Notes under the pieces: generated by a model
What the model was told of the DNA's origin: nothing
What the model saw: the letters and a program-made list of their open reading frames with translations, nothing else
Database searches by the model: none
Program-made: the position numbers and the translations under genes
In this document: one piece after another, positions 18,858 to 29,249 of the stretch
How the letters are laid out: every line of letters begins with the position of its first letter
How positions within the stretch are numbered: position 1 is the stretch's first letter
DNA from: Candidatus Saccharimonadota bacterium
Lineage (GTDB): Bacteria; Pseudomonadota; Alphaproteobacteria; Rickettsiales; Anaplasmataceae
Assembly (NCBI GenBank): GCA_029715105.1
Contig: CP085695.1
Span: 60,001-92,000, forward strand
Direction: 5' to 3'
Length of the DNA: 32,000 nucleotides

Positions 18858-19634
18858 TTCTTTGTCACTTTAAAATGAAAATATATGATACCATTATTTT
18901 ATTTTTAATAAAATTATTTAATATAATATTTTCCTTTTATGTTAAAAGTGTAGATAAAATTTAATTTATTTGAAATAGAAAAAAGTTGAAAACATAGATT
19001 TAAGGAAAAACTTGGTATTTTTTTTTGTTTTATAATTTTTGCGGGATTCTCTATATTATTTATTTAAGATTTAAAATGTAGAAGACTTTATAAGTTTAAA
19101 ATAATGAGATATGCTAAGGATAAAGTATTTAATTAATTGGTATGTGTATAAAAGGATAAAGAAGAGTATTATTTATAATAAAATATATATTTTACAAATA
19201 TTTATTAAAGATTAAAGTTTAGGTGTTCTAATAGTTTAGTCTAATTGATGGATTAAGAAATGAGTATAGAGACAGATTTTATTAGTCATAGAGCCTAAAC
19301 TAGGAAATTTGAAAATCTTTAAATTAAGATAGATGAGGTAATTGTTTTATGTTTTAAAAACTTATATATTTTTGGTTTTGTTTTTATTTGAAATGCTGAA
19401 AGGTATTTATTAATAGTTTTTGTTAATCTTAGAGAAGATGTGTTGTAGTTTTGGTTTCATTGGGGAAAATTATATAAATTAGTGAATTGAAAAAATGGAA
19501 AGGGTTAGGGTGGTTCCGATGTTATTAGATTTAGATTAAGCTTTATTTTTGTTTGTTTTATTTTAATTTGTTTGAAAATTCTACCTACTTTTGTAGTAGA
19601 TTATAGAATTTTAGTATTTTGCTTTTATTTTTGA

Positions 19635-20477
19635 TTAACTTGGATTATATAAAAAATTTTTATTATTGATGCTTTGAATATGGTTGATGTCAAGATCAGT
19701 AGAGGGATTATTATTAATAGGTTGGTTGAAGAATAGTTTATCGAGATGAATTGCTAGAAATACTGCACTATATATTATACTGACCGTTACACTTAAGTTG
19801 AAATTATATATACAGCTACCTAAATTTATCGGTGTAGTTGCGATTTCTATTTTTTTTAATATAAAATTTAGTAAACCTAACGATAGAGTTAGTGTATTGA
19901 TAAAGAAACTTTTTCTGCGTCTGATAAATTCAGATTCGAATTTTATAAATTCATTATCTTCTTTATTTTGATATTTTGCATGTGCTTTTTGATATTTTTT
20001 ATATGTATAATAATAATTTATAGGTTCTGCGATGAATATAAATAAGATTGTTGATATTAAATGAATATGGTTCATTATACTTATATCATTATTATTCCCA
20101 CTTATAAAGTGAAAAACCTTTAACATTGCTAATATTTCTATAGCTCCGCTAGCTAAACTAGCTGATTTACCGATAATTTTTATTAATTCTTCTTTCTTTT
20201 TATTATTATTTTCATAATGTTTAATTGGGTTACATAAAATAAATGTAGAGTAGATGATATAAAAAGTAGATATTGGAAATTTTATCCATTTAGCAATGTT
20301 TTGTATAAAAAAGATATTAGATCTATTTTTATTGATAAATTCACAGCAAAATTGTAGCGAAATTTTACATAGTAAACTTGTTAATCCCGTTATGACACAA
20401 ACTATTTTCCTGATATCGTGGTTGTAGGTATCATATAATTTTTGTGTAAATGTATCTGATTTTTCTTTTATTGACAT
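19635..20477 (-). CDS. Hypothetical polytopic membrane protein (orphan, about 6 predicted TM segments)
   Basis: 280-aa ORF with no recognisable family. By eye there are six hydrophobic segments, for example IVCVITGLTSLLCKISLQF, FPISTFYIIYSTFILC, IHLISTILFIFIA and LSVTVSIIYSAVFLAIHL. It is flanked by 777 and 495 bp of non-coding DNA. Confidence 0.45.
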   Translation of the reverse strand: MSIKEKSDTFTQKLYDTYNHDIRKIVCVITGLTSLLCKISLQFCCEFINKNRSNIFFIQNIAKWIKFPISTFYIIYSTFILCNPIKHYENNNKKKEELIKIIGKSASLASGAIEILAMLKVFHFISGNNNDISIMNHIHLISTILFIFIAEPINYYYTYKKYQKAHAKYQNKEDNEFIKFESEFIRRRKSFFINTLTLSLGLLNFILKKIEIATTPINLGSCIYNFNLSVTVSIIYSAVFLAIHLDKLFFNQPINNNPSTDLDINHIQSINNKNFLYNPS

Positions 20478-20915
20478 AAGTATTTTACGAAATAATAGTT
20501 TCGATATTTTATCATACTAAGTTCTAAAGGAAAAGTACTAGGGGTTATAAATTAAAACTTTATAAAGTTTGGTATAATAAACCATTTATCAGTTTGAGAT
20601 TGATTGTTAAATGCTTTCTATTGAAATTAGGAAAATTAAAAAATTAGAAAACCTTAAAAGTGAGGTATCAAGAAGTTGAGTGGAGAATTTTATAATATAA
20701 TTTTCTAAATTGTTGATTTAATTTTTATTAATTAAAACTTAATCATTTGATGTCAGGGAGTGAATAATATTTGTTAAAATTTTGTATTTTATGAATTAAG
20801 ATCTATACTTAGATGAGTAAGAGATATTTTAAAGTTATGGAATTTTATTTATTAAAGTGGTCTCCTCCCTTGGAGGTTACTTTAACTTAAAATATTTATT
20901 TTATAAAATAAAAAT

Positions 20916-20956
20916 TTGTAATTATATCTATACATAGATATATAGATAAATATCTA
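20916..20956 (+). promoter_or_regulatory. Candidate ndk promoter (TTGTAA-17 nt-TATATA) overlapped by two adjacent inverted repeats of the TAGATA/TATCTA half-site
   Basis: IR1 has 9-bp arms at 20923-20931 / 20934-20942 (TATATCTAT-ac-ATAGATATA). IR2 has 6-bp arms at 20943-20948 / 20951-20956 (TAGATA-aa-TATCTA). The -35-like TTGTAA is at 20916-20921 and the -10-like TATATA at 20939-20944. The ndk ATG is at 20973. Confidence 0.3.
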
Positions 20957-20972
20957 GATTAAGATTAAAAGT

Positions 20973-21398
20973 ATGGCAATTGAAAAAACTCTTTCAATAT
21001 TAAAACCTGATGCAGTAAGTAGAAGTATTACAGGCAGTATAAATTCTTATATTGAAAAATCAGGATTAAAAATTATAGCGCAAAAAATGGTTTTACTTAC
21101 AAGAAAGCAAGCAGAGTTATTTTATAAAGTTCATGATGATAAGCCTTTTTTTGTAGATTTAATAAATTTTATAACTTCTGGTTCTGTGATAGTTCAAGTT
21201 TTAGTAGGGGAGAATGCAGTAAGTAAATATAGAAAAATTATGGGAGTGACAGATCCGAAATATGCAGATAAAGGTACGATTAGGGGTGATTTTGCTGATA
21301 ACATTAATAAAAATGTTGTTCATGGTTCAGACAGTTTAGAAAATGCTCGTAGAGAGATATCTTTTTTTTTTGCTGAATATGAATTAGTTCATCTTTAG
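20973..21398 (+). CDS. ndk: Nucleoside diphosphate kinase
   Basis: 141 aa. [33 protein letters not shown], and the active-site NVVHGSDS. Confidence 0.96.
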   Translation: MAIEKTLSILKPDAVSRSITGSINSYIEKSGLKIIAQKMVLLTRKQAELFYKVHDDKPFFVDLINFITSGSVIVQVLVGENAVSKYRKIMGVTDPKYADKGTIRGDFADNINKNVVHGSDSLENARREISFFFAEYELVHL

Positions 21399-21413
21399 GT
21401 AGTTGAATTTTTA

Positions 21414-22304
21414 TTAAGGTTCTATAAAGCAAGATTTAAAATTTTGTGTAATTTCGTTGATTATATTGAGATATGCGTCTTTTCCTGGATTTATATTTAA
21501 TCCGATGGGATCAAGGATTATTACTTTTGCATTGTTGGGAAGAGATTTTGATTTTATTTTATCTTCTTGTAATGAAGTAAATATGCATTTAATGTCTTCT
21601 TCTTTTATTATTTTTCTTAATTTCATTAGACTTTTCATGCCTATGTAAGCGTCTTCTTCTATAGAAAGAAGGGCGCTAGGGTGATTTAGGTGGAAGTATT
21701 TTTCATAATATTGATATGTGTCATGTATAACAATATATTTTTTATTTTTAAAGTTGTTTAATTCTTTCAGAATTTTTTCTGTTTCTTGTTCTATTCTTTT
21801 TATGGTTTTTATTGCATTTTGTTTATATTTATAGGAATTTTCTTTATCTATATCAGATAGAGTAGTACTTATAAAAAGTATCATATGTTTTGCATTTTCA
21901 GGACTGAGCCAAATATACATGTCTTTTTCATCTTGAATATGAATAATATGTTTAGAGAATAAATGTGGCCGAACAGAAAGTAGGTTAACTGCTTTTGATA
22001 GTTGTACAAGTTTTTTATTGTTTTTAGCGAAGGTTTTTACAAATGTTTCTAGGTTATCATCAATATAAAATATGATATCACTAGATTCTAAATTGCTAAC
22101 GTCAGATGGTTTTAATATATGATCATGTATAGATGTTGTTGTATGTGCTATTAAGAGTGGTTTTAAAACTCCATCTGTAACGGATGCTACTAGGGAATGT
22201 ATAGGTTTTATTGTAGCTATAATTTTTAAGTTGGATGAAAAGGCAGTGCTGTGATATAGTGTAATAAATAAAAGTAATAAAAAAGAAGTTAATAAATATC
22301 TCAT
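21414..22304 (-). CDS. znuA: ZnuA/TroA-family periplasmic metal-binding protein of an ABC transporter
   Basis: Colinear by eye with E. coli ZnuA (IHDHILKPSD, MYIWLSPENA, YIVIHDTYQYYEK, VIILDPIG). Start chosen at ATG 22304 (MRYLLTSFLLLLFITLYHSTAFS, a signal peptide). The track ORF extends to 22535 only because the antisense of znuC happens to be open. Confidence 0.75.
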   Translation of the reverse strand: MRYLLTSFLLLLFITLYHSTAFSSNLKIIATIKPIHSLVASVTDGVLKPLLIAHTTTSIHDHILKPSDVSNLESSDIIFYIDDNLETFVKTFAKNNKKLVQLSKAVNLLSVRPHLFSKHIIHIQDEKDMYIWLSPENAKHMILFISTTLSDIDKENSYKYKQNAIKTIKRIEQETEKILKELNNFKNKKYIVIHDTYQYYEKYFHLNHPSALLSIEEDAYIGMKSLMKLRKIIKEEDIKCIFTSLQEDKIKSKSLPNNAKVIILDPIGLNINPGKDAYLNIINEITQNFKSCFIEP

Positions 22305-23037
22305 GAAAAACATTGAGAAAAAATTGAATTTTGTCAAAAAGTTAAACAATGTCAATGATAGTATTCTAAATATAAAAAATCTTGTTCTTGCGTATGATAA
22401 TAAAAAAGTTCTAGATGATATTAGTATATCAGTAAATAGAGGAGATATAGTTACCATACTTGGCCCAAATGGTGGAGGTAAAACTTCTTTGGTAAAAGTA
22501 ATTGCTGGCATAAATAAGAGTTGTGCTGGTAGCATTGTATTTGCTGATGGTATAAAAATCAGTTATATGCCACAAAATTTCAGCATTAATAATTTGATAC
22601 CAATAACAGTTGAATATTTTCTTTTAAATAGTTTTTCGACAAAATTGAAGAAAAATCAGTCAGTTATTGCAGAAGTGGTAGAGTTAGTTGGTATAAGTAG
22701 CATTTTAAAAAATCAAGTGCTAGAGATTTCTGCTGGACAGACTCAGTTATTGTTATTTGCGCGTTGCTTGATTGCAGAACCAGATTTAATTATTCTTGAT
22801 GAACCAGTCAGTGCAATGGATATCAGTGCACGTACTAAGTTTTATAATATAATAAGCGAAATAGCAAAGAAACGGCTTATTTCAATTTTTATGACGTCTC
22901 ATGATTTAAATTCTGTAGCACCGTGTTCAGATTATATAATCTGTATAAATAACACTATTTATTGTCAAGGTAGACCTGATGAAATTATGAGGAATAAGAC
23001 TCTAAGTGAAACATTCAGTAGCTATATGTCGAGATGA
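22303..23037 (+). CDS. znuC: ABC transporter ATP-binding protein, ZnuC-like
   Basis: 244 aa. Walker A GPNGGGKTS, signature ISAGQTQ, Walker B LIILDEP, H-loop TSHDL. Divergent from the znuA-like gene, as in the E. coli znuA/znuCB locus. An in-frame TTG at 22324 is an alternative start. Confidence 0.8.
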   Translation: MKNIEKKLNFVKKLNNVNDSILNIKNLVLAYDNKKVLDDISISVNRGDIVTILGPNGGGKTSLVKVIAGINKSCAGSIVFADGIKISYMPQNFSINNLIPITVEYFLLNSFSTKLKKNQSVIAEVVELVGISSILKNQVLEISAGQTQLLLFARCLIAEPDLIILDEPVSAMDISARTKFYNIISEIAKKRLISIFMTSHDLNSVAPCSDYIICINNTIYCQGRPDEIMRNKTLSETFSSYMSR

Positions 23038-24488
23038 TTCAAAATATTCTGCGTCTTTTATATATAATTATAATATTGATACGCTATAATATACTACCTT
23101 GTTTGTTATTTCCTTCAAGAAAGTCTATAAATAAAATACGGGGCTATAAATTAAGGTGCGCTCTTGAAAAATTGGGTCCAGTTTTTATTAAATTTGGACA
23201 ATCTATTTCATTACGTACTGATATTTTAAATGAAGATATAACAAGTAATTTGTTATTAATATGTGATAAACTTCCATCATTTTCATATAATATAGTAGTT
23301 AAAGCTATAGAAAATGAATTTAGTTGTAAATTAAAAGATATTTTTTCAAGTTTTTCTAAAGAACCTGTTGCAGCAGCATCAATTTCTCAGGTACATAAAG
23401 CAATTACAACAGAAGGGAAAGAAGTTGCAGTAAAAGTTTTAAGACCAAATATTGAAAAGGCGTTTTCAAGAGATATAAAAACACTTTTTTGGCTTGCAAA
23501 AGTTGTAGAGAAATTCAGTGATCAATCAAAAAGATTAAGACCTATTGAATTGGTCAAAACTTTTACTAAAATTTGTCAGTTAGAGTTAGATTTACGTTTT
23601 GAGGCTGCTCATTCTTCTGAATTAAAGGAGAATACAAAAAATGATAAAGGTTTTTATGTACCTGTAGTTGATTGGAGTAGAACTTCAAAAAAAGTTTTGA
23701 CGTTAGAATGGATAGAAGCAACACCGATATATGAAGTAGAAAAATTGAATAATCATAAACAAATAGCTGTTAATCTTATAGAATCATTTTGTAATCAAGT
23801 GTACAGAGATTGTTTTTTTCATGCAGATATACATCCTGGAAATCTTATGGTTGATAGTAATAATAATATTATTGCTCTTGATTGCGGAATTATGGGTAGA
23901 GTAGAATATGAAACATGTTATTATGTAGTAGAGATATTGAAGGGTTTTTTAAATCGTGATTATGATTATGTTGCAAAGGTGCATTTCAGAGCTGGTTATG
24001 TTTCACAGCATCACAAAAATTTTGTTACAGCATGTAGGGCAATAGGTGAACCTATTATAGGTCAACCTATACAGAATATTTCTTTTGCTAGTTTACTTGC
24101 TCAGTTATTTAAAATAACTAGTGATTTTGATATGAAGATTCAAACGCAGTTACTGTTGTTGCAAAAGACTCTAATTTTATTAGAAGGAACATGTAGAAAA
24201 ATTTATCCAGAAATTAATATGTGGAAAATAGTTGAAGGGTGGAATGAAAATCGGCTCATTAAAAACAAAAATAAGATAGGTTATAGAGAGAAAGTAAAAA
24301 ACTCTTATCCAGTAAAGACACTTTATGAAGTGTTTAGTCTTGTAGAGAAATTAAATTTGATAGCTGATCAAAAACTGGATAGTGTTCAGGTCAAGGTTAG
24401 ATCAAATAGAGGTACTTATTTTTTGTTGTGGTTTATGATTATAATTTTAATTATTAAATTATTGGTTTTTAATAGGTGTTGTATCTGA
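23034..24488 (+). CDS. ubiB: UbiB/ABC1-family protein kinase-like protein (ubiquinone biosynthesis)
   Basis: 484 aa. LGPVFIKFGQSISLRTDIL, PVAAASISQVHKA, VAVKVLRPNI, FHADIHPGNLMV, and a C-terminal TM segment. The ATG overlaps the znuC stop (ATGA). Confidence 0.87.
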   Translation: MIQNILRLLYIIIILIRYNILPCLLFPSRKSINKIRGYKLRCALEKLGPVFIKFGQSISLRTDILNEDITSNLLLICDKLPSFSYNIVVKAIENEFSCKLKDIFSSFSKEPVAAASISQVHKAITTEGKEVAVKVLRPNIEKAFSRDIKTLFWLAKVVEKFSDQSKRLRPIELVKTFTKICQLELDLRFEAAHSSELKENTKNDKGFYVPVVDWSRTSKKVLTLEWIEATPIYEVEKLNNHKQIAVNLIESFCNQVYRDCFFHADIHPGNLMVDSNNNIIALDCGIMGRVEYETCYYVVEILKGFLNRDYDYVAKVHFRAGYVSQHHKNFVTACRAIGEPIIGQPIQNISFASLLAQLFKITSDFDMKIQTQLLLLQKTLILLEGTCRKIYPEINMWKIVEGWNENRLIKNKNKIGYREKVKNSYPVKTLYEVFSLVEKLNLIADQKLDSVQVKVRSNRGTYFLLWFMIIILIIKLLVFNRCCI

Positions 24489-24765
24489 ATTTTTATATAG
24501 ATGGATGTTGTACTTTTCATTTTTATATAAATTAAGCTCGTTATCCCCATATGGAATATATAGCGTTGTTATTTTGGTTTTAAAGGAATGTAATGTATAT
24601 TTATAAGAGAAATAAGAAGTTAATATTTAAATATTTAGAATGGGTGTGTTATGTAACTGTGTTTATTATATGGGAAGGGTTTTGTTTGATTAAAGTTTTT
24701 ATTGTCTTGTCCTATAAAGAACAGATATTATTATAATAAAAGTAAAATTAGTAAAAATTTGGGTT

Positions 24766-25998
24766 ATGCGAAATAATGATAATATTAAAGAAAGGGCTAT
24801 GGAAAAGGGTATATTAGGTTGGATAGAGTACAGATTACCTATATTTTCTTTTTTAAAAAATATTGCTTCTTATCAAGTACCAAAAAACTTAAATTATGCT
24901 TGGAATTTTGGTTCTTTAGCTGGTTTAGCACTTATTTTGCAGATAATAACTGGTATATTTCTTTCTATGCATTATATTCCCCATGTTGAACATGCGTTTG
25001 TTAGTGTAGAACGCATAATGCGTGATGTTAATTATGGATGGTTGATACGTTACACACATTCTGTTGGAGCTTCTCTTTTTTTTGTAGTAGTTTATGTTCA
25101 TATAATGCGTGGGTTATATTATGGGTCTTATAAAAAGCCGCGGGAGATGGTATGGTTTATTGGTATATTTATATTTTTTGTAATGATGGCAACGGCCTTT
25201 ATGGGGTATGTTTTACCTTGGGGACAAATGAGTTTTTGGGGTGCAACTGTTATAACTAATTTATTTTCAGCTTTGCCCTTAGTTGGTAATGAAATAGTTA
25301 TATGGTTATGTGGAGGTTTTTCTGTTGATAATCCAACACTTAGTCGCTTCTTTTCTTTACATTATCTTTTGCCTTTTATTATTATTGTTTTAGTTGTATT
25401 GCATATTATTGCCTTACATAGATTCGGTTCTGGCAATCCTAGTGGAATAGAGGTAAAATTAAATAACGACACTATTTCATTTTACCCTTATTATATAGTA
25501 AAGGACTGCATAACTTTTAGTTTATTTTTTATAGTTTTGTTCGCATTTGTTTTTTATGCTCCTAATTATCTTGGACATCCTGATAATTACATAGAAGCTG
25601 ATTCTATGTCAACTCCAATTCATATTGTACCAGAATGGTATTTTTTGCCTTTTTATGCTATGTTGCGCTCGATTCCAAATAAGCTTATCGGTATACTTAC
25701 TATGTTTGGATCTATTTTAATGTGGTTTTTATTGCCTTGGCTTGATAGATCAGAAGTTAAGAGTGGTGCTTACCGTCCTCTTTTTAAAAAATTTTTCTTA
25801 TTATTTTTAATAAATTTTGTGTTTCTTATTTGGCTTGGAGGTCAAGAGGTTAGGGAACCTTATATACTACTAAGTAGATTTTCTACCTTTTATTATTTTG
25901 CGTACTTTATGATAATTTTACCATTACTTAGTAAGTATGAAAAACCGAAAAAGTTACCAAAAAGCATAAGTGAATCTGTGTCGGAGATTATGCAATAA
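24766..25998 (+). CDS. petB: Cytochrome b of the bc1 complex
   Basis: 410 aa. [61 protein letters not shown], and [10 protein letters not shown]. An alternative start is ATG 24799 (MEKGILGW...). Confidence 0.96.
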   Translation: MRNNDNIKERAMEKGILGWIEYRLPIFSFLKNIASYQVPKNLNYAWNFGSLAGLALILQIITGIFLSMHYIPHVEHAFVSVERIMRDVNYGWLIRYTHSVGASLFFVVVYVHIMRGLYYGSYKKPREMVWFIGIFIFFVMMATAFMGYVLPWGQMSFWGATVITNLFSALPLVGNEIVIWLCGGFSVDNPTLSRFFSLHYLLPFIIIVLVVLHIIALHRFGSGNPSGIEVKLNNDTISFYPYYIVKDCITFSLFFIVLFAFVFYAPNYLGHPDNYIEADSMSTPIHIVPEWYFLPFYAMLRSIPNKLIGILTMFGSILMWFLLPWLDRSEVKSGAYRPLFKKFFLLFLINFVFLIWLGGQEVREPYILLSRFSTFYYFAYFMIILPLLSKYEKPKKLPKSISESVSEIMQ

Positions 25999-26765
25999 TG
26001 CAGATTAAGTATAATATAGTAGTTATATTTTTTATGTTATTTTTGACACATTTTTCTTGTGCTGAAGAGTTTAAGTCATTACCGAATAAAAAAATACGTT
26101 GGAGTTTTAATGGTATTACTGGATCTTTTAATAGAGAGTCAATACAGCGTGGTTATAAGATATATAAGGAAGTTTGTGCTTCTTGTCATTCGATGAATAG
26201 AATAGCATTTCGTAATTTGCAAAATATTGGTTTTTCTGAAGAGGATGTGAAGCGAATTGCAGCTTCCTATCAAGTTAGAGATGGCCCAAATGATTTAGGA
26301 GAAATGTTTTATAGACCTGGAGTAGTTTCGGATTATTTTATTGCTCCTTTTAGTTCTAAGGAGGCGGCTGCAGCAAGTAATAATGGGTCAGTTCCTCCAG
26401 ATTTATCATTAATTATTAAAGCGAGATATGATGGTGCGAATTATGTTTATTCTTTATTGACTGGCTATCAAAGCGTTAAACAAGATGAAAGTGGTTTATA
26501 TTTTAATCCATATTTTTCAACTGGAAGATTAGCTATGGCCCCACCTCTTATTGAAGGAATGGTAGAGTATAGTGATGTAAAGCGGGTTACGGTTGAGGAC
26601 ATGGCGTACGATGTGGTAAATTTTTTGCAATGGGCCGCAGAACCTGAATTAGAACAACGGCATAAACTTGGATTTAAAATAATAGCGTATTTTGTAATTT
26701 TAATGATATTTTTTGTATTAACTAATAATAAAATTTGGAGCAAATTTTATAAAAAGAAAATATAG
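25998..26765 (+). CDS. petC: Cytochrome c1 of the bc1 complex
   Basis: 255 aa. Signal peptide, heme-binding CASCHS, PPDLSLI, a Met ligand context (LAMAPPL), and a C-terminal TM anchor. The ATG overlaps the petB stop by 1 nt (TAATG). Confidence 0.9.
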   Translation: MQIKYNIVVIFFMLFLTHFSCAEEFKSLPNKKIRWSFNGITGSFNRESIQRGYKIYKEVCASCHSMNRIAFRNLQNIGFSEEDVKRIAASYQVRDGPNDLGEMFYRPGVVSDYFIAPFSSKEAAAASNNGSVPPDLSLIIKARYDGANYVYSLLTGYQSVKQDESGLYFNPYFSTGRLAMAPPLIEGMVEYSDVKRVTVEDMAYDVVNFLQWAAEPELEQRHKLGFKIIAYFVILMIFFVLTNNKIWSKFYKKKI

Positions 26766-26853
26766 GAGTTATTTTGTAGTCTATTTATTTTTGTTATTAC
26801 TTGCATCAGTGATGACTGATAATTAACAGTATTTTTTTTGTAGCAAAAAAACT

Positions 26854-28797
26854 ATGAAGTTTCAAATTGTTACACATTTTAAGCCCGCGGGAGATCAGCC
26901 TCAAGCAATTGATAGTTTAGTTGCAGGATTAAATAGTAATAAGAGAGATCAGGTTTTGCTTGGAGTTACTGGTTCGGGAAAAACATTTACTATGGCAAAT
27001 ATTATTGCAAAAACAAATAGACCTGCACTTATTATGGCGCATAATAAAACTTTAGCAGCTCAACTTTATGAGGAAATGAGGGGTTTTTTTCCATATAATT
27101 TTGTTGGGTATTTTATTTCTTATTATGATTATTATCAGCCTGAGGCTTATTTACCACAGACCGATACTTATATTGAGAAGGATTCCGTGATTAATGAAAA
27201 GATTGATATGTTGCGTTATTCTGCAATTTGTGCTCTTTTAGAACGTAGAGATACAATTATAGTGGCTAGTATTTCTTGCATATATGGTCTTGGTTCACCA
27301 GAGAGTTATCTTAATATGAGTTTAACTTTAATTACAGGGGATAAAATTTGTGTTAATGATTTCTTAAATAGTTTGGTTAATCTTCAGTATAAACGTTCTG
27401 ATATTAGGTTTGGGAGAGGATATTTTAAGGTGCGTGGTGATATTATCGATATATTCCCTATTTGTTACGAAAATAAGGTTTGGCGTTTATCATTAATAGA
27501 TGATGAAATAGAAAGAATTTCGGAGATCAATGCTGTAACCGGTAGCTTTATTAAATATTTAGATAAAATCACTATCTTTCCCAATAATCATTATATTACT
27601 ACACGCGAAACTTTATTGCAAGCAATTCATTTAATTAAAAAAGAATTGCATGAACGTTTAAATTATTATTATTCGTACAATAAGATTATCGAAGCAAGAC
27701 GTCTTGAACAGCGTACCAATTTTGACATTGAAATGATGTTGGCAACAGGAGTATGCAAGGGTATTGAAAATTATTCGCGTTATCTTTATGGTATGGAAGC
27801 TGGAGATGCGCCTCCTACTTTATTTGAATATTTACCTAAAGATACAATTTTATTTGTAGATGAGAGCCATGTTACTGTTCCTCAGATTAGTGCGATGTAT
27901 AGTGGTAACGAGGCTCGTAAAAAAAAGTTAGTTGATCATGGATTTAGACTTCCTTCTGCTTTTGATAATCGTCCATTAAAATTTGAAGAGTGGGAAACTA
28001 TACGACCGCAAACTATTTTTATTTCTGCTACTCCGGGGAAATATGAGTTAGCAAAAACTAATAATGTATTCATAGAACAGGTTATTCGCCCAACAGGACT
28101 TGTAGATCCAATATGTATTATAAAACCGACAGAGGTTCAAGTTGATGATGTAGTGTATGAAGCGCAAGTAACGATAAAAAGGGGGTTTTGTGTTCTTATT
28201 ACAACGTTAACAAAGAAAACGGCTGAAAAATTAGCTGAGTATATGAGTGAATTAAATATGAAAGCTAGTTATTTGCATTCAGATATTGGCGCATTGGAAA
28301 GGGTTGATATTATATATAAGTTGAGATCGAAAAAAATTAATGTTCTTATTGGCGTTAATTTACTACGGGAAGGTCTTGACATTCCAGAATGCGGATTAGT
28401 TGCAATTTTAGATGCTGATAAGGAAGGATTTTTGCGATCAGAGAGTTCACTTATTCAAATGATAGGGCGTGCTGCGCGTAATGTTGAAGGTAGGGCAATT
28501 TTATATGCAGATAAAATGACAGGTTCCTTAAACCGTGCAATGAAAGAAACGAAGAGAAGGAGGAAAAAACAGGAGGAGTATAATATGTTGCATGGTGTTA
28601 AACCAAAGACTATAGTAAAAGCTATATCGAATACTTTGCAGGATAATGGATTGATAGTTGAGAGAAAAATTAATATCAGTAGGGAAGATTTAGTTATACT
28701 AGAAAAGCAGATGTTAAAGCATGCAGAAAATTTAGAATTTGAAAAAGCTGCAAAAATAAAACGTATTATTGAAAAATGGCAGATTTATTATAATTAA
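26854..28797 (+). CDS. uvrB: Excinuclease ABC subunit B
   Basis: 647 aa. PAGDQPQAI, Walker [44 protein letters not shown], and a C-terminal UVR motif ([13 protein letters not shown]). Confidence 0.97.
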   Translation: MKFQIVTHFKPAGDQPQAIDSLVAGLNSNKRDQVLLGVTGSGKTFTMANIIAKTNRPALIMAHNKTLAAQLYEEMRGFFPYNFVGYFISYYDYYQPEAYLPQTDTYIEKDSVINEKIDMLRYSAICALLERRDTIIVASISCIYGLGSPESYLNMSLTLITGDKICVNDFLNSLVNLQYKRSDIRFGRGYFKVRGDIIDIFPICYENKVWRLSLIDDEIERISEINAVTGSFIKYLDKITIFPNNHYITTRETLLQAIHLIKKELHERLNYYYSYNKIIEARRLEQRTNFDIEMMLATGVCKGIENYSRYLYGMEAGDAPPTLFEYLPKDTILFVDESHVTVPQISAMYSGNEARKKKLVDHGFRLPSAFDNRPLKFEEWETIRPQTIFISATPGKYELAKTNNVFIEQVIRPTGLVDPICIIKPTEVQVDDVVYEAQVTIKRGFCVLITTLTKKTAEKLAEYMSELNMKASYLHSDIGALERVDIIYKLRSKKINVLIGVNLLREGLDIPECGLVAILDADKEGFLRSESSLIQMIGRAARNVEGRAILYADKMTGSLNRAMKETKRRRKKQEEYNMLHGVKPKTIVKAISNTLQDNGLIVERKINISREDLVILEKQMLKHAENLEFEKAAKIKRIIEKWQIYYN

Positions 28798-29249
28798 GAT
28801 AAATAATTGAGTAGAATGAATTTATAATTAAAATTTTTTAATTTGATTATTGGGGGGAGTTGATTTCAACATGCAGAAAATTTCTTATATAATAAAGTAA
28901 TAGATTTTATATTTAATTTAGTATAAATAATGTTTTATGTTTTAATTTTATAGCTAATTATTTTAGTTTTACACAGTATAAAGTTTAATAAAATAAAATA
29001 CTTAAAAGAAGTTTTGAAGATCGTATAAATTATGTATCATGAAGTGAAAAGATATTTATTATGGATTGTTATTTTAATTTGTATGAATTTGTATAGATGT
29101 TTTGTCAGTATAAGAATAAGGGGATAGGTTTGTTTTATGTTGGAAAGAATAATAGAAATATTTTAGATGTTAGTTTCAATTTTGAATTGATTTAATTATT
29201 TGAAAAGCTTATTTATACTAGATATAATATGAAGCAGTGGTAAAATACA

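Noticed and set aside
22305-22535. 77-residue N-terminal extension of the 373-aa znuA-like track ORF (MLPAQLLFMPAITF...)
   Set aside because: This stretch is simply the open antisense frame of znuC. A canonical signal peptide begins at the internal Met (ATG 22304), so the long form is an ORF-calling artefact.
28720-28883. 14-nt direct repeat CATGCAGAAAATTT at 28720-28733 (inside the uvrB 3' end) and 28870-28883 (intergenic), exactly 150 bp apart
   Set aside because: Similarity does not extend beyond the 14-mer. With this AT bias many 14-nt chance matches are expected in 32 kb, so there is no evidence of a duplicated uvrB 3' end.
29032-29127. 31-codon hydrophobic mini-ORF MYHEVKRYLLWIVILICMNLYRCFVSIRIRG between uvrB and murJ
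   Set aside because: It is too short, has no Shine-Dalgarno sequence, and nothing about conservation can be assessed. Many comparable mini-ORFs occur by chance.
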